Shown here piece by piece: positions 28,025 to 39,028 of a stretch of 64,000 bases of DNA. The first letter of the stretch is position 1. Each line of letters opens with the position of its first letter. Under the pieces are notes generated by a model. That model saw nothing but the letters and a program-made list of their open reading frames with translations. It ran no database searches and was not told where the DNA came from. Both the position numbers and the translations under genes were made by a program. The DNA comes from Candidatus Liptonbacteria bacterium. Lineage in GTDB: Bacteria > Patescibacteriota > Minisyncoccia > UBA6257 > 2-01-FULL-56-20. The stretch spans positions 20,402 through 84,401 of the forward strand of contig JACQBP010000040.1 of NCBI GenBank assembly GCA_016194445.1, written 5' to 3'.

Positions 28025-29029
28025 CTAAGATAGATATTTAAACCAATCTTGGGTGGCTTCTTGAATCGTACTTTCCGTCCAAACGGGAGCGTTTTTCCAA
28101 TTATCTATTTCCTTAAGGACAATCTTAACTCCCTCTTTGATCGAAACGATAGGTTTCCAGTGAAGCCGGGTGGTGATTTTGGTGATGTCGGCAAAGGTTT
28201 GGTCGGGTTCGCCGGGGCGCTTTGGTAAATAGACTTTCTTTTCGGAACCGAGAAGCGTGACCAGAGTGTTGACACTCTCTGGGTGACCAGAGCCAATATT
28301 AAAAATTTCTCCGACACAATTTGATTCCGCAGCTTTCAAGAAAGCGTCGACGGCGTCGGTGACAAAAACAAAGTCGCGAGTTTGGGTGCCATCACCTACA
28401 ATGGTGAGCGGTTTTTGATTAGCTTTTTGGGCAAGAAAAACTCCGAGCGCGGCTCCATAACCGGAGTCGGTGCGAACGCGGGGGCCGTAGATATTAAACG
28501 GGCGCAAGGAAACCAGCGGCAGTTTGTAAAGTTTGGCGTAATGGAGGGCAAGATGTTCGCCTAGATACTTTGACTCGGCGTAAGGATATTGGGGGCGAAT
28601 CGCGGCGGTTTCTTTAGTGGGGTATTCATCGGGAATGCCGTAGCAACTCGAGGAGGCGGTATAGATAAATCTTTTCACTCCCCTTTTGCGACTAGCTTCA
28701 AGGATAGAGGCAGTCCCGAAAACGTTGCTCTCGAAATAATCAAGAGGTTTTTGGATGGACGGGATGAGATTGCTTAAAGCGGCTAAGTGGAAAACCCAAT
28801 CGACTCCTTCGAAAATTTCTAACATGGCATTAAAGTCGGTAATGTCAGCTTTAAAAACTTTTAAGCGAGGATGATTTTTGACGGACTCTAAATTGCGTTC
28901 GAGACCAGTAGAAAAATTGTCGATGACACTAACTGTGTGGCCATCTTTAATGAGTCGCTCGACAAGATGAGAACCGATAAATCCAGCGCCGCCGGTGACC
29001 ACGACTCTTTTTTGGTTGAAACTAGCCAT
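28025..29029 (-). CDS. NAD-dependent epimerase/dehydratase (UDP-sugar 4-epimerase/decarboxylase-like)
   Basis: VVVTGGAGFIGSHLVERL; 334 aa. Confidence 0.65.
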   Translation of the reverse strand: MASFNQKRVVVTGGAGFIGSHLVERLIKDGHTVSVIDNFSTGLERNLESVKNHPRLKVFKADITDFNAMLEIFEGVDWVFHLAALSNLIPSIQKPLDYFESNVFGTASILEASRKRGVKRFIYTASSSCYGIPDEYPTKETAAIRPQYPYAESKYLGEHLALHYAKLYKLPLVSLRPFNIYGPRVRTDSGYGAALGVFLAQKANQKPLTIVGDGTQTRDFVFVTDAVDAFLKAAESNCVGEIFNIGSGHPESVNTLVTLLGSEKKVYLPKRPGEPDQTFADITKITTRLHWKPIVSIKEGVKIVLKEIDNWKNAPVWTESTIQEATQDWFKYLS

Positions 29030-29059
29030 AAAAATTTTCGGAACGAGGAGGATTTAAGT

Positions 29060-29845
29060 TTAAGAGAATTCTAAAATGAGCGGAAGATGATCGGAGATGG
29101 CAAGAGTGGGCACGGTGAAATTTTTGATTTTTAAGCTCGGCGAGACAAAACAGTAATCAGCGAAATGCTGGAGGTTGCCTCCATACTTGGCCGCCTCGAT
29201 AATGCTCCGCGTCGTCGAGATTTTGAAATCTTTGATTAAATTCTTCATTCCGTTTTTTTCAATCATTTGGATACTTTCGGTATTGGGCAAGAGATTAAAA
29301 TCACCGCAAAGAATTTTCTCGCCGGGTTGCTCGCTAAGGAAGTTAATAATATTTTGAGATTGCTCAAGGCGCGCTGGGGAGTCTTCCTTTTTTCCGGGCC
29401 AAACAATTCCGTGGAGGTGGGCTATGGTAAGCCGATTACTTTTCCCTTCAATATTGATATATTGTATCGCGACCGGCAAATCAAGTAGGCCGTCTCTTAC
29501 AACGACGTCGTTATAGGAACCATAAATAAAACGTTCTCCATGAGAAAGGATAGGAAGAGAGCGTTTCGCAAAAATAGTTTCTCCACTGGCAGCGGGAAAA
29601 TTAATTTTTTCGTGGAGGTCATACTGTTCCTGAATAGGAGCAAAGTATCCGTCGTGGTCAGGGAGGGCAGCAACTAGATCTGAAAAAATATTCATTTTCA
29701 TTCCGTTGCTCACCTCCGGGCCGGCACTGCTTCGGAATACTTCTTGAAAGCAAAAAATGTCGGTGGAGGACGCTTGGGATTTAATAAATTCCAGGAGTGG
29801 TCCAAATTTTTTACCGCCCCAAATATTTAAAGAGATGAGTTTCAT
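29060..29845 (-). CDS. endonuclease/exonuclease/phosphatase (EEP) family protein
   Basis: MKLISLNIWGG start and C-terminal GDFN...SDHLP. Confidence 0.5.
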   Translation of the reverse strand: MKLISLNIWGGKKFGPLLEFIKSQASSTDIFCFQEVFRSSAGPEVSNGMKMNIFSDLVAALPDHDGYFAPIQEQYDLHEKINFPAASGETIFAKRSLPILSHGERFIYGSYNDVVVRDGLLDLPVAIQYINIEGKSNRLTIAHLHGIVWPGKKEDSPARLEQSQNIINFLSEQPGEKILCGDFNLLPNTESIQMIEKNGMKNLIKDFKISTTRSIIEAAKYGGNLQHFADYCFVSPSLKIKNFTVPTLAISDHLPLILEFS

Positions 29846-29861
29846 ATTTTTACTTTTCTAC

Positions 29862-32198
29862 TCAGATTGATATAGGCGAAAAATAGGGATTAAAAATGGT
29901 TCTAAAAGTTGCAGCACTAAAAGGCCAGTAGGTAAAATCGATAAGGTGATCCCCCCGAGAAAGGCGAACGCCTCGAAAAGTGGTGTGCGCGGTAATAATC
30001 TGACTTTCTTTGCCATCAACAAAAACGCGCCAGCCGGGATAATTGGTCTCGGCCAAAACTAGCAGGCCATCTCTCGCGGCATGAGTTTCAAGGGTGACGC
30101 GATTGGGTTCGCGGTGACTGATTATAACATCTTTTAGCGCTTGACCGTCTTCGGTTTCGATACGAGCGATGGGCAAGGCGGTTTTATTTTCATAAATTTT
30201 CACCTCGTGGTCATAGACGAGTGGGTAAGGAGCATCTTTGGGCAAAGGTTTTTCCGAAACAATATATTTAACACTGGCAACATTAAAAAGTGGCACGAAG
30301 TTTATATCACCTAACTTATCAGCTTCGCCAAAAACGTACATGTCAGACTCGCGCTTAAGAAAACCACCATCAAAAAGCGGTTTTAAACTATTCACGTACG
30401 ACTGAAGCAAGACACCTTCGTAATTACCCATGTTTTTAAGGCCATAGCCGGTGGGTATATGTTCCATCAACGTTCTTCCGATCGCAAGAATTCGATAGGA
30501 ATCAACGTCGGGGCGCGATTTTAAATATACAACAAAGGGTGGTTCTCGGTAGAGATCTTGGAGATTGGAAGTGTCTCGAAGTTTGGGAATATAAAAAACC
30601 ATCTCGACGATAAGGAAGACGAAAATGAGGTTAAAAAGCTTTTTCTTCCATAAAAACAAAAATAGGAGTAAAAAGAAAAAGGTGGTACCAAAAACCAAAG
30701 CCGCCACGGAATACGGATTGTGAATGAGCCAGTTGATGAAGTTTTGAAGAGGGGCTGGAAACCTGCCGATGTATAAACTTATCTTATTCAAATCAATTTC
30801 GTTGAAAACAAGTTTGTACGAGTGACGAAAGGAAGGAGAAAACACCATCAAGCCGGTGAAGGGACCTAAAAACGAGAGGAGGATCGCCCAAAATTTCTTG
30901 AGTGAGACATTTTGACTTTTCATATTCTCGAATCCGATGGCCGCAAGAATCGCAAGAGTAAAATGAAAAGCGCCCACGTATCGGAAAAAAGTCACCCTCT
31001 TTAACACCGGTAACCATTCTAACCAACTTACAGGTGGAACTCCTAGCCACATCAAAATAAAGAAAGACGCAGCTCCACCAAAAAATACAAGCGATGAGAT
31101 ATGCTCAGTTTTCTTCTTAAAACTGAAGGCGGCAATAGTAAGCAAGAGAATGAAGGTCCCCATATAGGTCACAATAAGACTGTCTTCTCTCATAGTGGAG
31201 GTTCCAACAATGCTAGCTTCCAGGAAAAGTGTGGGAGGGACAGGCAAGTGAAAGAATTTTTCTAACTGTACCAGGAAATGGTTATGCTCCGCACGATAAG
31301 CGTCGATCCACTCAACGGTATGCCCTTGCCCCCCAGACCCTTGGCTAAAAAAAAGAGACATATCCCAAAGCATAGGAAGGCTCATAATAAGCGCGACGCA
31401 CAGGGAAAAAATAAAGGCGCGGCCGGTAAATCGAAGGCTTATTTTACTGGTGAAATAGCGGTATACAAAATAGCTAAGAGAAAGGAGGGTAACAATGATG
31501 ACGGCTTCTGGATTACCGCTCAGTACCATAATCCCCCAGGCGATACCTAAAAAAAAGATGTTTTTAATAATAGGAGAGGATAGGAGGCGTTCAATCCCGA
31601 GGAGAAGATAGGGAGTCATCATGTCCGCGGCAAAACCCCAGTGAGTAATCCACAGCACAAAATACGCCGAAAACATATAGGCGACACCCCCGAGAAGCGC
31701 GCTTTGATGAGAAAGTCGCAGTTTTTTAAGAAAAAGGTAGGCTCCAAAGCCCGCGATTAGAAATCTAATAAGAAGATAGTAATCGAAGGTTTTTAGAAAC
31801 GGGAGGAGAGTGAAGAGCGCTAGTTTAAGCGGATTATATATACCGCTCGTGATGCTGGCGGAAAGCGGCTGACCGTTGCCTTGATATGGATTCCAGAAGG
31901 CGAAATGGCCTTTTCTTAGCTCCTGGGACCAGTAAAGAGTTTGAGGAACCTCAAAATGCGACCAATTAGTCGAGTCCAGATCCCAAAAAGTTTTGGGGCC
32001 GTGATAGTAATAAGATCCAGCGCTTAATGGCAAACCGGGACCATCGCTAAAAAAAGTTTGCTGGTTAATGATGATGCGAAAAAAAACAATCCCGATAAGA
32101 ACAGCGAAAAAAACGAAGGCTTTTTTACTCTGGCTTTGCCGACCAACGAAATTCTTTACTTGAGACAAGATATTGCTGAATGATCGGATTGTATTCAT
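29862..32198 (-). CDS. YfhO-family polytopic membrane protein (putative GT-C-type extracytoplasmic glycosyltransferase)
   Basis: 778 aa, many TM helices in the first two thirds and a large C-terminal soluble domain; architecture of YfhO. Confidence 0.5.
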   Translation of the reverse strand: MNTIRSFSNILSQVKNFVGRQSQSKKAFVFFAVLIGIVFFRIIINQQTFFSDGPGLPLSAGSYYYHGPKTFWDLDSTNWSHFEVPQTLYWSQELRKGHFAFWNPYQGNGQPLSASITSGIYNPLKLALFTLLPFLKTFDYYLLIRFLIAGFGAYLFLKKLRLSHQSALLGGVAYMFSAYFVLWITHWGFAADMMTPYLLLGIERLLSSPIIKNIFFLGIAWGIMVLSGNPEAVIIVTLLSLSYFVYRYFTSKISLRFTGRAFIFSLCVALIMSLPMLWDMSLFFSQGSGGQGHTVEWIDAYRAEHNHFLVQLEKFFHLPVPPTLFLEASIVGTSTMREDSLIVTYMGTFILLLTIAAFSFKKKTEHISSLVFFGGAASFFILMWLGVPPVSWLEWLPVLKRVTFFRYVGAFHFTLAILAAIGFENMKSQNVSLKKFWAILLSFLGPFTGLMVFSPSFRHSYKLVFNEIDLNKISLYIGRFPAPLQNFINWLIHNPYSVAALVFGTTFFFLLLFLFLWKKKLFNLIFVFLIVEMVFYIPKLRDTSNLQDLYREPPFVVYLKSRPDVDSYRILAIGRTLMEHIPTGYGLKNMGNYEGVLLQSYVNSLKPLFDGGFLKRESDMYVFGEADKLGDINFVPLFNVASVKYIVSEKPLPKDAPYPLVYDHEVKIYENKTALPIARIETEDGQALKDVIISHREPNRVTLETHAARDGLLVLAETNYPGWRVFVDGKESQIITAHTTFRGVRLSRGDHLIDFTYWPFSAATFRTIFNPYFSPISI

Positions 32199-33121
32199 TT
32201 TTTCTTAAAGACAAAGTTGGATCCCCAGGCGTAATTTTTATCGCCGGAAGGAACGAGGTTTGGGATGTGGACGAGTTCGCCTGATGAAGTAATGCCAAAA
32301 GATTGATAACCTAACTCGTATAAGGCTCGGATAGCGGGGAGGGAAAACTTTTCCCCAATTTTTCCTCTCCAGACCTCCATAAGGATAATCGGACTCGATT
32401 TCTCAAGAGTGTGTTGCCCTCCTTGGATAATGTTAAATTCGCTGCCCTCAACGTCAAGTTTAATAATGGTCGGGTGTTTTCGAGCGCGAACATATTCATC
32501 TAAAGTGGTGACGTCAACAGAGATTTCTTGATAGGTGGAAATATTTTGTTGGGCAACATTTTTTAAAAGGGTACCGCTGCCGCTTTCACCTTCGGCCGAT
32601 CCATCAAAAAATGGAAGGGATCCTTTGCAATCGGATAAAGCGACATTATTGAGAAAGATGTTTTTTCCTCCTCCCGAAAACACTGCGTCCAGATATTGGA
32701 ATATTTTAGGTGAAGGCTCGAACGCATGGATTTCTCCTTGAGTAATAAGTTCCCGAGCTAAAGAAGTGTAAAAACCGTAATGCGCGCCGATGTCGAAAAA
32801 CACGTCTTTTTCCTTAAGGTGCTCAAGAAGAAATAAAATTGATGGCTGTTCTTCGCGAGAGAGCGTACCGTAATAGTAAAGAGATTCGGCTTCTTCGAGA
32901 GACAGCAAGAGTTCCTTTTGCCAAAAAGTCTGGACTCGGAAATTCTTTGGCCGCCACCGTTTGCCCAAACTCATCAGGGTATGATAGGCAAGGTAACGAA
33001 CTCCATGATCGGCCAATTTTTTGAGTTTTCCCTTAAATGATGGATCGCTGGCCGCGAAAACATGTTTAGAGGCGGCTTGGGCGAGAGTGAGAAGGGTGAG
33101 TCTTTTTTCTTCTAAAGTCAT
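32195..33121 (-). CDS. FkbM-family methyltransferase
   Basis: FFDIGAHYGFYTSLAREL...IHAFEPSPKIFQYL. Confidence 0.55.
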   Translation of the reverse strand: MTLEEKRLTLLTLAQAASKHVFAASDPSFKGKLKKLADHGVRYLAYHTLMSLGKRWRPKNFRVQTFWQKELLLSLEEAESLYYYGTLSREEQPSILFLLEHLKEKDVFFDIGAHYGFYTSLARELITQGEIHAFEPSPKIFQYLDAVFSGGGKNIFLNNVALSDCKGSLPFFDGSAEGESGSGTLLKNVAQQNISTYQEISVDVTTLDEYVRARKHPTIIKLDVEGSEFNIIQGGQHTLEKSSPIILMEVWRGKIGEKFSLPAIRALYELGYQSFGITSSGELVHIPNLVPSGDKNYAWGSNFVFKKK

Positions 33122-33169
33122 AATCCATATACTACCGAACTAAACGACAATTTAAAACCCACGAAAAAG

Positions 33170-34225
33170 CTAAGGAGGAAAAACTACTCGCAAGACTTCC
33201 TTCGCTCGGTTTACGTACGTATGTCGTCGTAAGGTCACCTGATAGAGCTGGCTGGCAATATTTTCTCGCTCCTCTTCGTGATTTAAGTAGTACTTAACCT
33301 GATCGGCCATTTCTTTAACAGAGCGGAAAGTGACTAAGTGTCCTTCAAATAATTGTTCCGCATCACGTTGATAGTCGGCGAGAGGAAAACTCCCAGCGAG
33401 AGCAGCCTCAAAGGCGCGGGGCGAGGGAGCGTCTTTATCGCGTGGATGTTCTGGGGCGAGCACAATTTTAGATCGGTTGTAAAGCACGTTCACTTCTTCG
33501 ATTGGTAACGACGAAGTGGTGATAACCTCAAGATTTTTCAAATGAGGAAACTCGGGGCGGCGAATTAATTTTTCTAATCCAGGCCCGGCCGCGCTGACCC
33601 GGAAACCTTCCGCGCAGAGATAATCCAAAATATAGGCCTTAGTAACGGTGGCGGTTGAAATCGAAGAAAACTGGCCCATTAAAAAAAGATCGATATCTTT
33701 TTTAAGACGGAGAGGTTTATAAAATCGCGGGTCACCTGCAAGGGGCAAAATGTGCATAGAAGCATCACTGATTAGGCGAAGGCTAGGAATAGCGGAACTA
33801 TTAATAAAGAAGAGATGGGAGCAATAGATTAAATTGGTAAGGAAATACGAACTGTTTTTAGCGGCGATTAAAGGATCGGCAAAGACCATGTAGGCAGTGG
33901 GGATTTTATAATATTTTTTTATTTTCTTGAAAAGTTTGATTGAAATTGAATTGAAATTATAGAAAAAGATCAAATCGGGCTTGAAAAGTTTTATTTTTTC
34001 TTCGTACTGAGCGCTATTCACTTCCTTGTATCGCTCCCAATATTTCAGGTTTAAGTAGGTAAAGGGAGTCCGGGAGAAGAATTTAAAAAGACCCAAGGAA
34101 ATGCGGTAATGATCATGAAAATATATTTCGGTGGTATGTCCCAAGGATTGAAACGAGTGCTCAAAACTTTCTGTAACCCGATCTAGTCCCCCGCCAGAAA
34201 ATATCAGGATTTTTTTAAAAGCCAT
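33170..34225 (-). CDS. CgeB-like / DUF3880 glycosyltransferase (paralog 2)
   Basis: LPLAGDPRFYKP...KDIDLFLMG and C-terminal VKYYLNHEEERENIASQLYQVTLRRHTY. Confidence 0.5.
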   Translation of the reverse strand: MAFKKILIFSGGGLDRVTESFEHSFQSLGHTTEIYFHDHYRISLGLFKFFSRTPFTYLNLKYWERYKEVNSAQYEEKIKLFKPDLIFFYNFNSISIKLFKKIKKYYKIPTAYMVFADPLIAAKNSSYFLTNLIYCSHLFFINSSAIPSLRLISDASMHILPLAGDPRFYKPLRLKKDIDLFLMGQFSSISTATVTKAYILDYLCAEGFRVSAAGPGLEKLIRRPEFPHLKNLEVITTSSLPIEEVNVLYNRSKIVLAPEHPRDKDAPSPRAFEAALAGSFPLADYQRDAEQLFEGHLVTFRSVKEMADQVKYYLNHEEERENIASQLYQVTLRRHTYVNRAKEVLRVVFPP

Positions 34226-34228
34226 AGT

Positions 34229-35167
34229 TTAAGAAATCAGCTTATAAGCTTTGAGTGTTCGGAGAATTCCTTCGTCTAGACTAATTTGCGGCTCCCAACC
34301 GAATTCTTTCTTGGCTTTTTCATGAGAGACGACGAAGCGGAGCATCTCGCCAGCCCTTTGGGGAAGGTAGAGAGGATGATTATCCGGCTGGCCTAGCAAC
34401 CGCGCAATCTTCTCATATAATACATTTAAAGTTATCTCCTGGCCGGATCCTAAGTTAAAAATAGGTTCGGGATGATGATCATCGAGTTCGAGAACTAGCA
34501 AATTGGCGCGAACAACGTCGTCAACGTAGACATAATCTCGGGTTAGATTGCCGTCGCCATACATCTCGGCATGCTGATGACTGGAAATTTTTCGAATATA
34601 ATCCGCCAGGGCACCCCCAATCTGTCGCGGCCCGTATACTGTAGCGTAGCGCAAAACGACGAAGGGAAGATTGTAGGCTTGGTTGAAAAACCGCAGGTAA
34701 TTTTCGGAGGCAATTTTTGAAATAGCGTAAGGAGAAATGGGCTGAGTGGGGTGTTGTTCGGTTAGTGGAAAACTATGGGTGTTTCCATACACAAAACTCG
34801 ATGAAGCCATCACGACTTTTTTCACTTTGGAACGGTGGGCGTTAAGAAAAATATTGAGCGACCCAGATATGCCCCGAGCGTCGAATAGTGGATTGACCAC
34901 TGACTGAGGAACATTAGTGTTGAAGGCTAAGTGATAGACAATATCGGGTTGTTCTTTTTTGAAAACATCCGAAACTTTTTCATCGCCCATATCGAGATGA
35001 TAAAAACGCGCCCGGGGATGGAGGTTTTCCTTCTTGCCAGTCGATAGATCATCAATAATAGAAACAGAAGCGCCAAGTTCAACTAAGGTGCCAACAAGAC
35101 GAGAACCGATAAATCCAGCTCCCCCGGTGACGATTATATTTTTATTAGATATATCAAATTTAGTCAT
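34229..35167 (-). CDS. NAD-dependent epimerase/dehydratase
   Basis: IIVTGGAGFIGSRLV; 312 aa. Confidence 0.65.
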   Translation of the reverse strand: MTKFDISNKNIIVTGGAGFIGSRLVGTLVELGASVSIIDDLSTGKKENLHPRARFYHLDMGDEKVSDVFKKEQPDIVYHLAFNTNVPQSVVNPLFDARGISGSLNIFLNAHRSKVKKVVMASSSFVYGNTHSFPLTEQHPTQPISPYAISKIASENYLRFFNQAYNLPFVVLRYATVYGPRQIGGALADYIRKISSHQHAEMYGDGNLTRDYVYVDDVVRANLLVLELDDHHPEPIFNLGSGQEITLNVLYEKIARLLGQPDNHPLYLPQRAGEMLRFVVSHEKAKKEFGWEPQISLDEGILRTLKAYKLIS

Positions 35168-36207
35168 GCCACAATTTTTAATATTGCTTCAGCTCTTTTG
35201 TGATAGGTATGTTGATTAAACGCAATAGAACGAATTTTCTGACTGATATGTTCTCTTGCGTTATTGTCACTGAGAAAGCTCTCCACAGTATCAAGCAATT
35301 CGCGAGCTGTGGTAATGGTGACAAGCTCGTTATTGAAAAGCTTGGGGGTATTAATTTTCGCATCAGTAATTAAAAAATTGCCACTTAAAGCGATGTCAAA
35401 CACGGGTTCACTAAAATCAGTCTTCAGAAGCAATGGGTTGATGTAGATAATTACCTTGGATCGATTATAAAGTTTATTTAACTGATCCTCTCGAGGAGCG
35501 GTGGCTTTAAGTTTAGGGAAGAAATAGCGGATTTTCCGAAAACCATCGCCCCTCACTTTGAAATTCAGTCCTGCCTGCTGTAAATGAGAAAGAAGAATGG
35601 CTCGCCCGAAACCAGAAACAATGTGGCGATCGTCCGGGAAAAAAGAGCCGACGAAAAGGAGGTCAATATCTTTTTGAAAAGAAAGTTTTTTGTATAGACG
35701 ATTGTCGCCAGCCATAGGTAGGTAAAACTTCGGAATATTAAAAAGCTGGAGGGATTGAGCCCATAATTCATCAATGACGAATAAATGAGAGTAAGCCGAG
35801 TAGTTAAGCCATCCGGTCGAGTGATACACGTCGATAGCGGCAGGTTCTTCCATAACCCAACAAGCCACGGGAATTTTGAACCTCGCTCGGATTTCGAAGA
35901 CGGTGGCGGGAAGAATGCTTTCGCCCCCGACTACCAAGACAAAGTCAGGATGAGAAGAAGCGATGGCGGCTAAAAGCTTTCGACTTAAAATCTCACGTTG
36001 TTTGGCATAATATCGCGCGATAGTTCCTTTGAGGGGGAGATAGGAAGCAAGCTTCGCGAATTCTAGCGGGAAACCTAGGTGATCGCCAAAAAATGCGGTG
36101 CGATGACCAAGTTCATCGAAAGCAGCTTGGATAGATTCTCCACACTGCCTATTAACACCTAGCCCTGAAACAAAAATAGTCATGGGCGGCACCTTAGTAT
36201 CCGGCAT
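35164..36207 (-). CDS. CgeB-like / DUF3880 glycosyltransferase (paralog 3)
   Basis: LPMAGDNRLYKK...KDIDLLFVG and C-terminal HTY motif. Confidence 0.5.
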   Translation of the reverse strand: MPDTKVPPMTIFVSGLGVNRQCGESIQAAFDELGHRTAFFGDHLGFPLEFAKLASYLPLKGTIARYYAKQREILSRKLLAAIASSHPDFVLVVGGESILPATVFEIRARFKIPVACWVMEEPAAIDVYHSTGWLNYSAYSHLFVIDELWAQSLQLFNIPKFYLPMAGDNRLYKKLSFQKDIDLLFVGSFFPDDRHIVSGFGRAILLSHLQQAGLNFKVRGDGFRKIRYFFPKLKATAPREDQLNKLYNRSKVIIYINPLLLKTDFSEPVFDIALSGNFLITDAKINTPKLFNNELVTITTARELLDTVESFLSDNNAREHISQKIRSIAFNQHTYHKRAEAILKIVA

Positions 36208-36446
36208 TTGAGCATTGTATAAGAAAGACTAACCTTATTCAAGAAGACAGATAAATCAGAAACCCGAAATTTTTCCCGGAGTGGTGGGTTTAGATCAATA
36301 GTTTTAGAGTGAAGCAGAATTCTCCGCAAACATCATTGATAAGGAGGGGTCGCCAACTATAACCGAAAAACCCTGCTGTTTTAGAAATTCTTTGAGCTTA
36401 ACGGAGCTTCCGATAATCGGATCATGAGTTTCGAGTGTAATGCTCT

Positions 36447-37091
36447 TTATCCGTTTAAGATAGGCCGGGGGGTATGAAAAATAATTTCAGACTCAGAACC
36501 TTCGCAATCTATTTTTAGAAAGTCGCAGCGTGAGATGTGATTTTTTTCAAAGATATCTGCAAGGGTTAGAGAATGAACGTCGAACTGGTCAGTTTGTCGC
36601 TGCCCAGGAATAGGAAAGAAGCTAGAGCCAGTTCTTTCGGAGAAAAAGTGGAGTCGGCGCAACCCACGCCGCCCGGAGACGGCAAGTTGAAAAGGAAAGA
36701 CTCGATCGCTTAATGCGTTCAAGTCGATATTGGCTTTCAAAAGAGAGAAGTTCTCAGGAAGAGGCTCGAAGCTAAAAACTTTTGCGCCTCGGATACGCTG
36801 GGCGGCCAAGATAGAGAAAACACCAATGTGAGCTCCAATATCCACAACCACCGCATTATTTTTGAGACGGGAAAGAAATCGGCCATAGTGATCGTAGGTT
36901 GCGATTTCTTTCAGCACGTGAATATCTCCCCGGCTTTTAACTAAAAACTGGGTGCTGTTCCGCAGTTTACAGATGACCGGTTTGGGTTTTTCAAATGTGA
37001 ACACAGAGGCCCAGAGTATCAGCGGCCAACTTTTGTAAACGCGAACGGTTCTAAACACCGACTTTATCTTGTGAAAATATTTCTGAAACAT
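36447..37091 (-). CDS. FkbM-family methyltransferase
   Basis: VVVDIGAHIGVFSILAAQRI...VFSFEPLPENFSLL. The longest ORF reaches 37238 but would overlap the upstream gene by 115 nt; the internal Met near 37091 is preferred. Confidence 0.5.
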   Translation of the reverse strand: MFQKYFHKIKSVFRTVRVYKSWPLILWASVFTFEKPKPVICKLRNSTQFLVKSRGDIHVLKEIATYDHYGRFLSRLKNNAVVVDIGAHIGVFSILAAQRIRGAKVFSFEPLPENFSLLKANIDLNALSDRVFPFQLAVSGRRGLRRLHFFSERTGSSFFPIPGQRQTDQFDVHSLTLADIFEKNHISRCDFLKIDCEGSESEIIFHTPRPILNG

Positions 37092-37122
37092 AGAGGAGAG
37101 TAAGGAGAGCAAGCAGAATTTT

Positions 37123-38253
37123 TTACGGATACCGTAAGCCAGCTTTTTGGAATATCTCAATAAAGCGTTTCTCATAGGTATGGTCACGAAGGGTTCGTGT
37201 GTACCCAGCGAGAGCAATACGTTCACGCTCATCTTCACGCTTAAGATAATACTTGATTTTTTTGATCAGCTCGGGAAGAGAGCGAAAGGCGACGATTTCT
37301 TTGTCGAGTTTATAATACTCGGGGAGGTCATGCGTCATTTGAGTGAGCACAAAACTTCTAGCCGCAAGGCAATTAAACGTCCTTGGCTTGATCATGGGAG
37401 TACGTTTCTGCCACCATTCCCTTATATTATTAAAGAAGTTACCGAAATCAGGGCGAATGCCCTCCTTAGATGGCTTCAAGAAGAAGCGCGCGAAAGGCTT
37501 GAGGCCTAGGTACGAAGAAGGCGGGTTGATATCAATGTTGATCTTCGTCGCGTGAACGACGGGAACCATTAAATCATCAGATAAACGTCCTTCCGGCCAT
37601 CCCGGTCCCCACACTGCGACAGAAATACCGGCTCGGCGGAGGGCGTGAATAACTTGCTCTCGATTGTGATACCAAGCACCAACAAAACTCACATCATACT
37701 TAAAACGATTAGGGCTTGGATTAGAGGGAGGAATAAAAAGCCGATGATTGGCCCCCAAATGCGTGCGGATTACCCGACATCCTAATTTCTCATATTTAGG
37801 AACCGCTTTCGAATAGGTGGTCGCAACCCAAGATAAATGGGGCGCGCCAAATTTTGAAGAGTTGTCGAAATGCCAGTGATCATCCATAAAAAAACCGATG
37901 CTAGTGGTCATCGCTTTGATCGCATCAAGAGTGGCAAAAGTAAGATCTTCGTAATACATGATGCTTAAAAAGGCGTCGGGTTTTTCCCGACGAACCAGAT
38001 CTAGGAGTTCCTGATTGACGCCTTTGGCTCCGACAGATTCCACGCGATCATACTCATAATACACTACTTGAAGGTTGGGGAGTCGTCGCAGACTGTCGTA
38101 TATATTCGAATGATCAAAAGAAAATCCTTGGGCGGGATCGTGGTTGTAGTATTTATTGCCGGCGTATAGAATGCGCAACATGATACGGATGTTGTTTATA
38201 GAGCTTAGATAATAATTGCATTCAACCCGCGGCGTGAGCGCGCTGTAATTCAC
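37123..38253 (-). CDS. CgeB-like / DUF3880 glycosyltransferase (paralog 4)
   Basis: FFMDDHWHFDNSSK...SWVATTYSKA and IKYYLKREDERERIALAGYTRTLRDHTY; closest paralog of 10071..11117. Confidence 0.5.
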   Translation of the reverse strand: MNYSALTPRVECNYYLSSINNIRIMLRILYAGNKYYNHDPAQGFSFDHSNIYDSLRRLPNLQVVYYEYDRVESVGAKGVNQELLDLVRREKPDAFLSIMYYEDLTFATLDAIKAMTTSIGFFMDDHWHFDNSSKFGAPHLSWVATTYSKAVPKYEKLGCRVIRTHLGANHRLFIPPSNPSPNRFKYDVSFVGAWYHNREQVIHALRRAGISVAVWGPGWPEGRLSDDLMVPVVHATKINIDINPPSSYLGLKPFARFFLKPSKEGIRPDFGNFFNNIREWWQKRTPMIKPRTFNCLAARSFVLTQMTHDLPEYYKLDKEIVAFRSLPELIKKIKYYLKREDERERIALAGYTRTLRDHTYEKRFIEIFQKAGLRYP

Positions 38254-39022
38254 TTCTCAGATTAACTAATAGAACAAGATATCCACGCAAGCCATCATTG
38301 ATGAAGTTATTACCGAAGGCTTCTTGCGCTGTGTATTGCGGAAAGAAGACTTGATAATCATGCTGGGCATTAAGCGCGGGCGATATAAATTCAAGATCAT
38401 ATGAGCGTACTTTTCCTAATGCATATTCATAAACATCATGGCCAAAATCGCTCCGTTCCGGAACCACAAAATCATCAATAATAACTATTGCTTGTTGCAA
38501 GCTTGATAAAGCCCGGAGTTCTTCTTGGAGTGGAACATTCCCCCCACTGTGAGCATCAAGAAAAAAGAAGGGTCTTTCCCCTAAAGCTTTTTGCTTAACC
38601 AAGCGGTTCACAAAAACTGGAGACGATAATTGCTGGATGATTACCCCCGGCGCCTTGTGAAGTCGCCACCGACTTTCCCGAAAATATGGGCCAGATATTT
38701 CGCAGGTATAAATCGGCATACGAGTCGAAGCCAATTTGGCTAGAAAAAGCGTTGTGGTGGTCTTGTGCGTTCCTGTTTCCACAAGCGCGGTCGGTCGAAA
38801 TTCCTCAATTATCTCGGATACTAATTCGCGCAATACCCGATCACCGTGAAAACCATAAAAAGTTACATCGGGATACCGACGCCAACGATATGGTACTAAT
38901 TGACGCCACGCACCGAGTTTGTTCCAAAACCAGCTGGGACTCCGTTTAAGAACAACGAGAAATAAAAAAAACCTTGGCCAGCGTTGTAATTTTTGCTTAA
39001 GTATCTGATTCATCTTAATCAT
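38222..39022 (-). CDS. class I SAM methyltransferase, Methyltransf_24/CmcI-like (paralog of 11129..12136)
   Basis: ALVETGTHKTTTTLFLAKL...IYTCEISGPYFRESRWRL and FFLDAH...IIDDFVVP. Confidence 0.45.
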   Translation of the reverse strand: MIKMNQILKQKLQRWPRFFLFLVVLKRSPSWFWNKLGAWRQLVPYRWRRYPDVTFYGFHGDRVLRELVSEIIEEFRPTALVETGTHKTTTTLFLAKLASTRMPIYTCEISGPYFRESRWRLHKAPGVIIQQLSSPVFVNRLVKQKALGERPFFFLDAHSGGNVPLQEELRALSSLQQAIVIIDDFVVPERSDFGHDVYEYALGKVRSYDLEFISPALNAQHDYQVFFPQYTAQEAFGNNFINDGLRGYLVLLVNLRSELQRAHAAG

Positions 39023-39028
39023 TAGAAA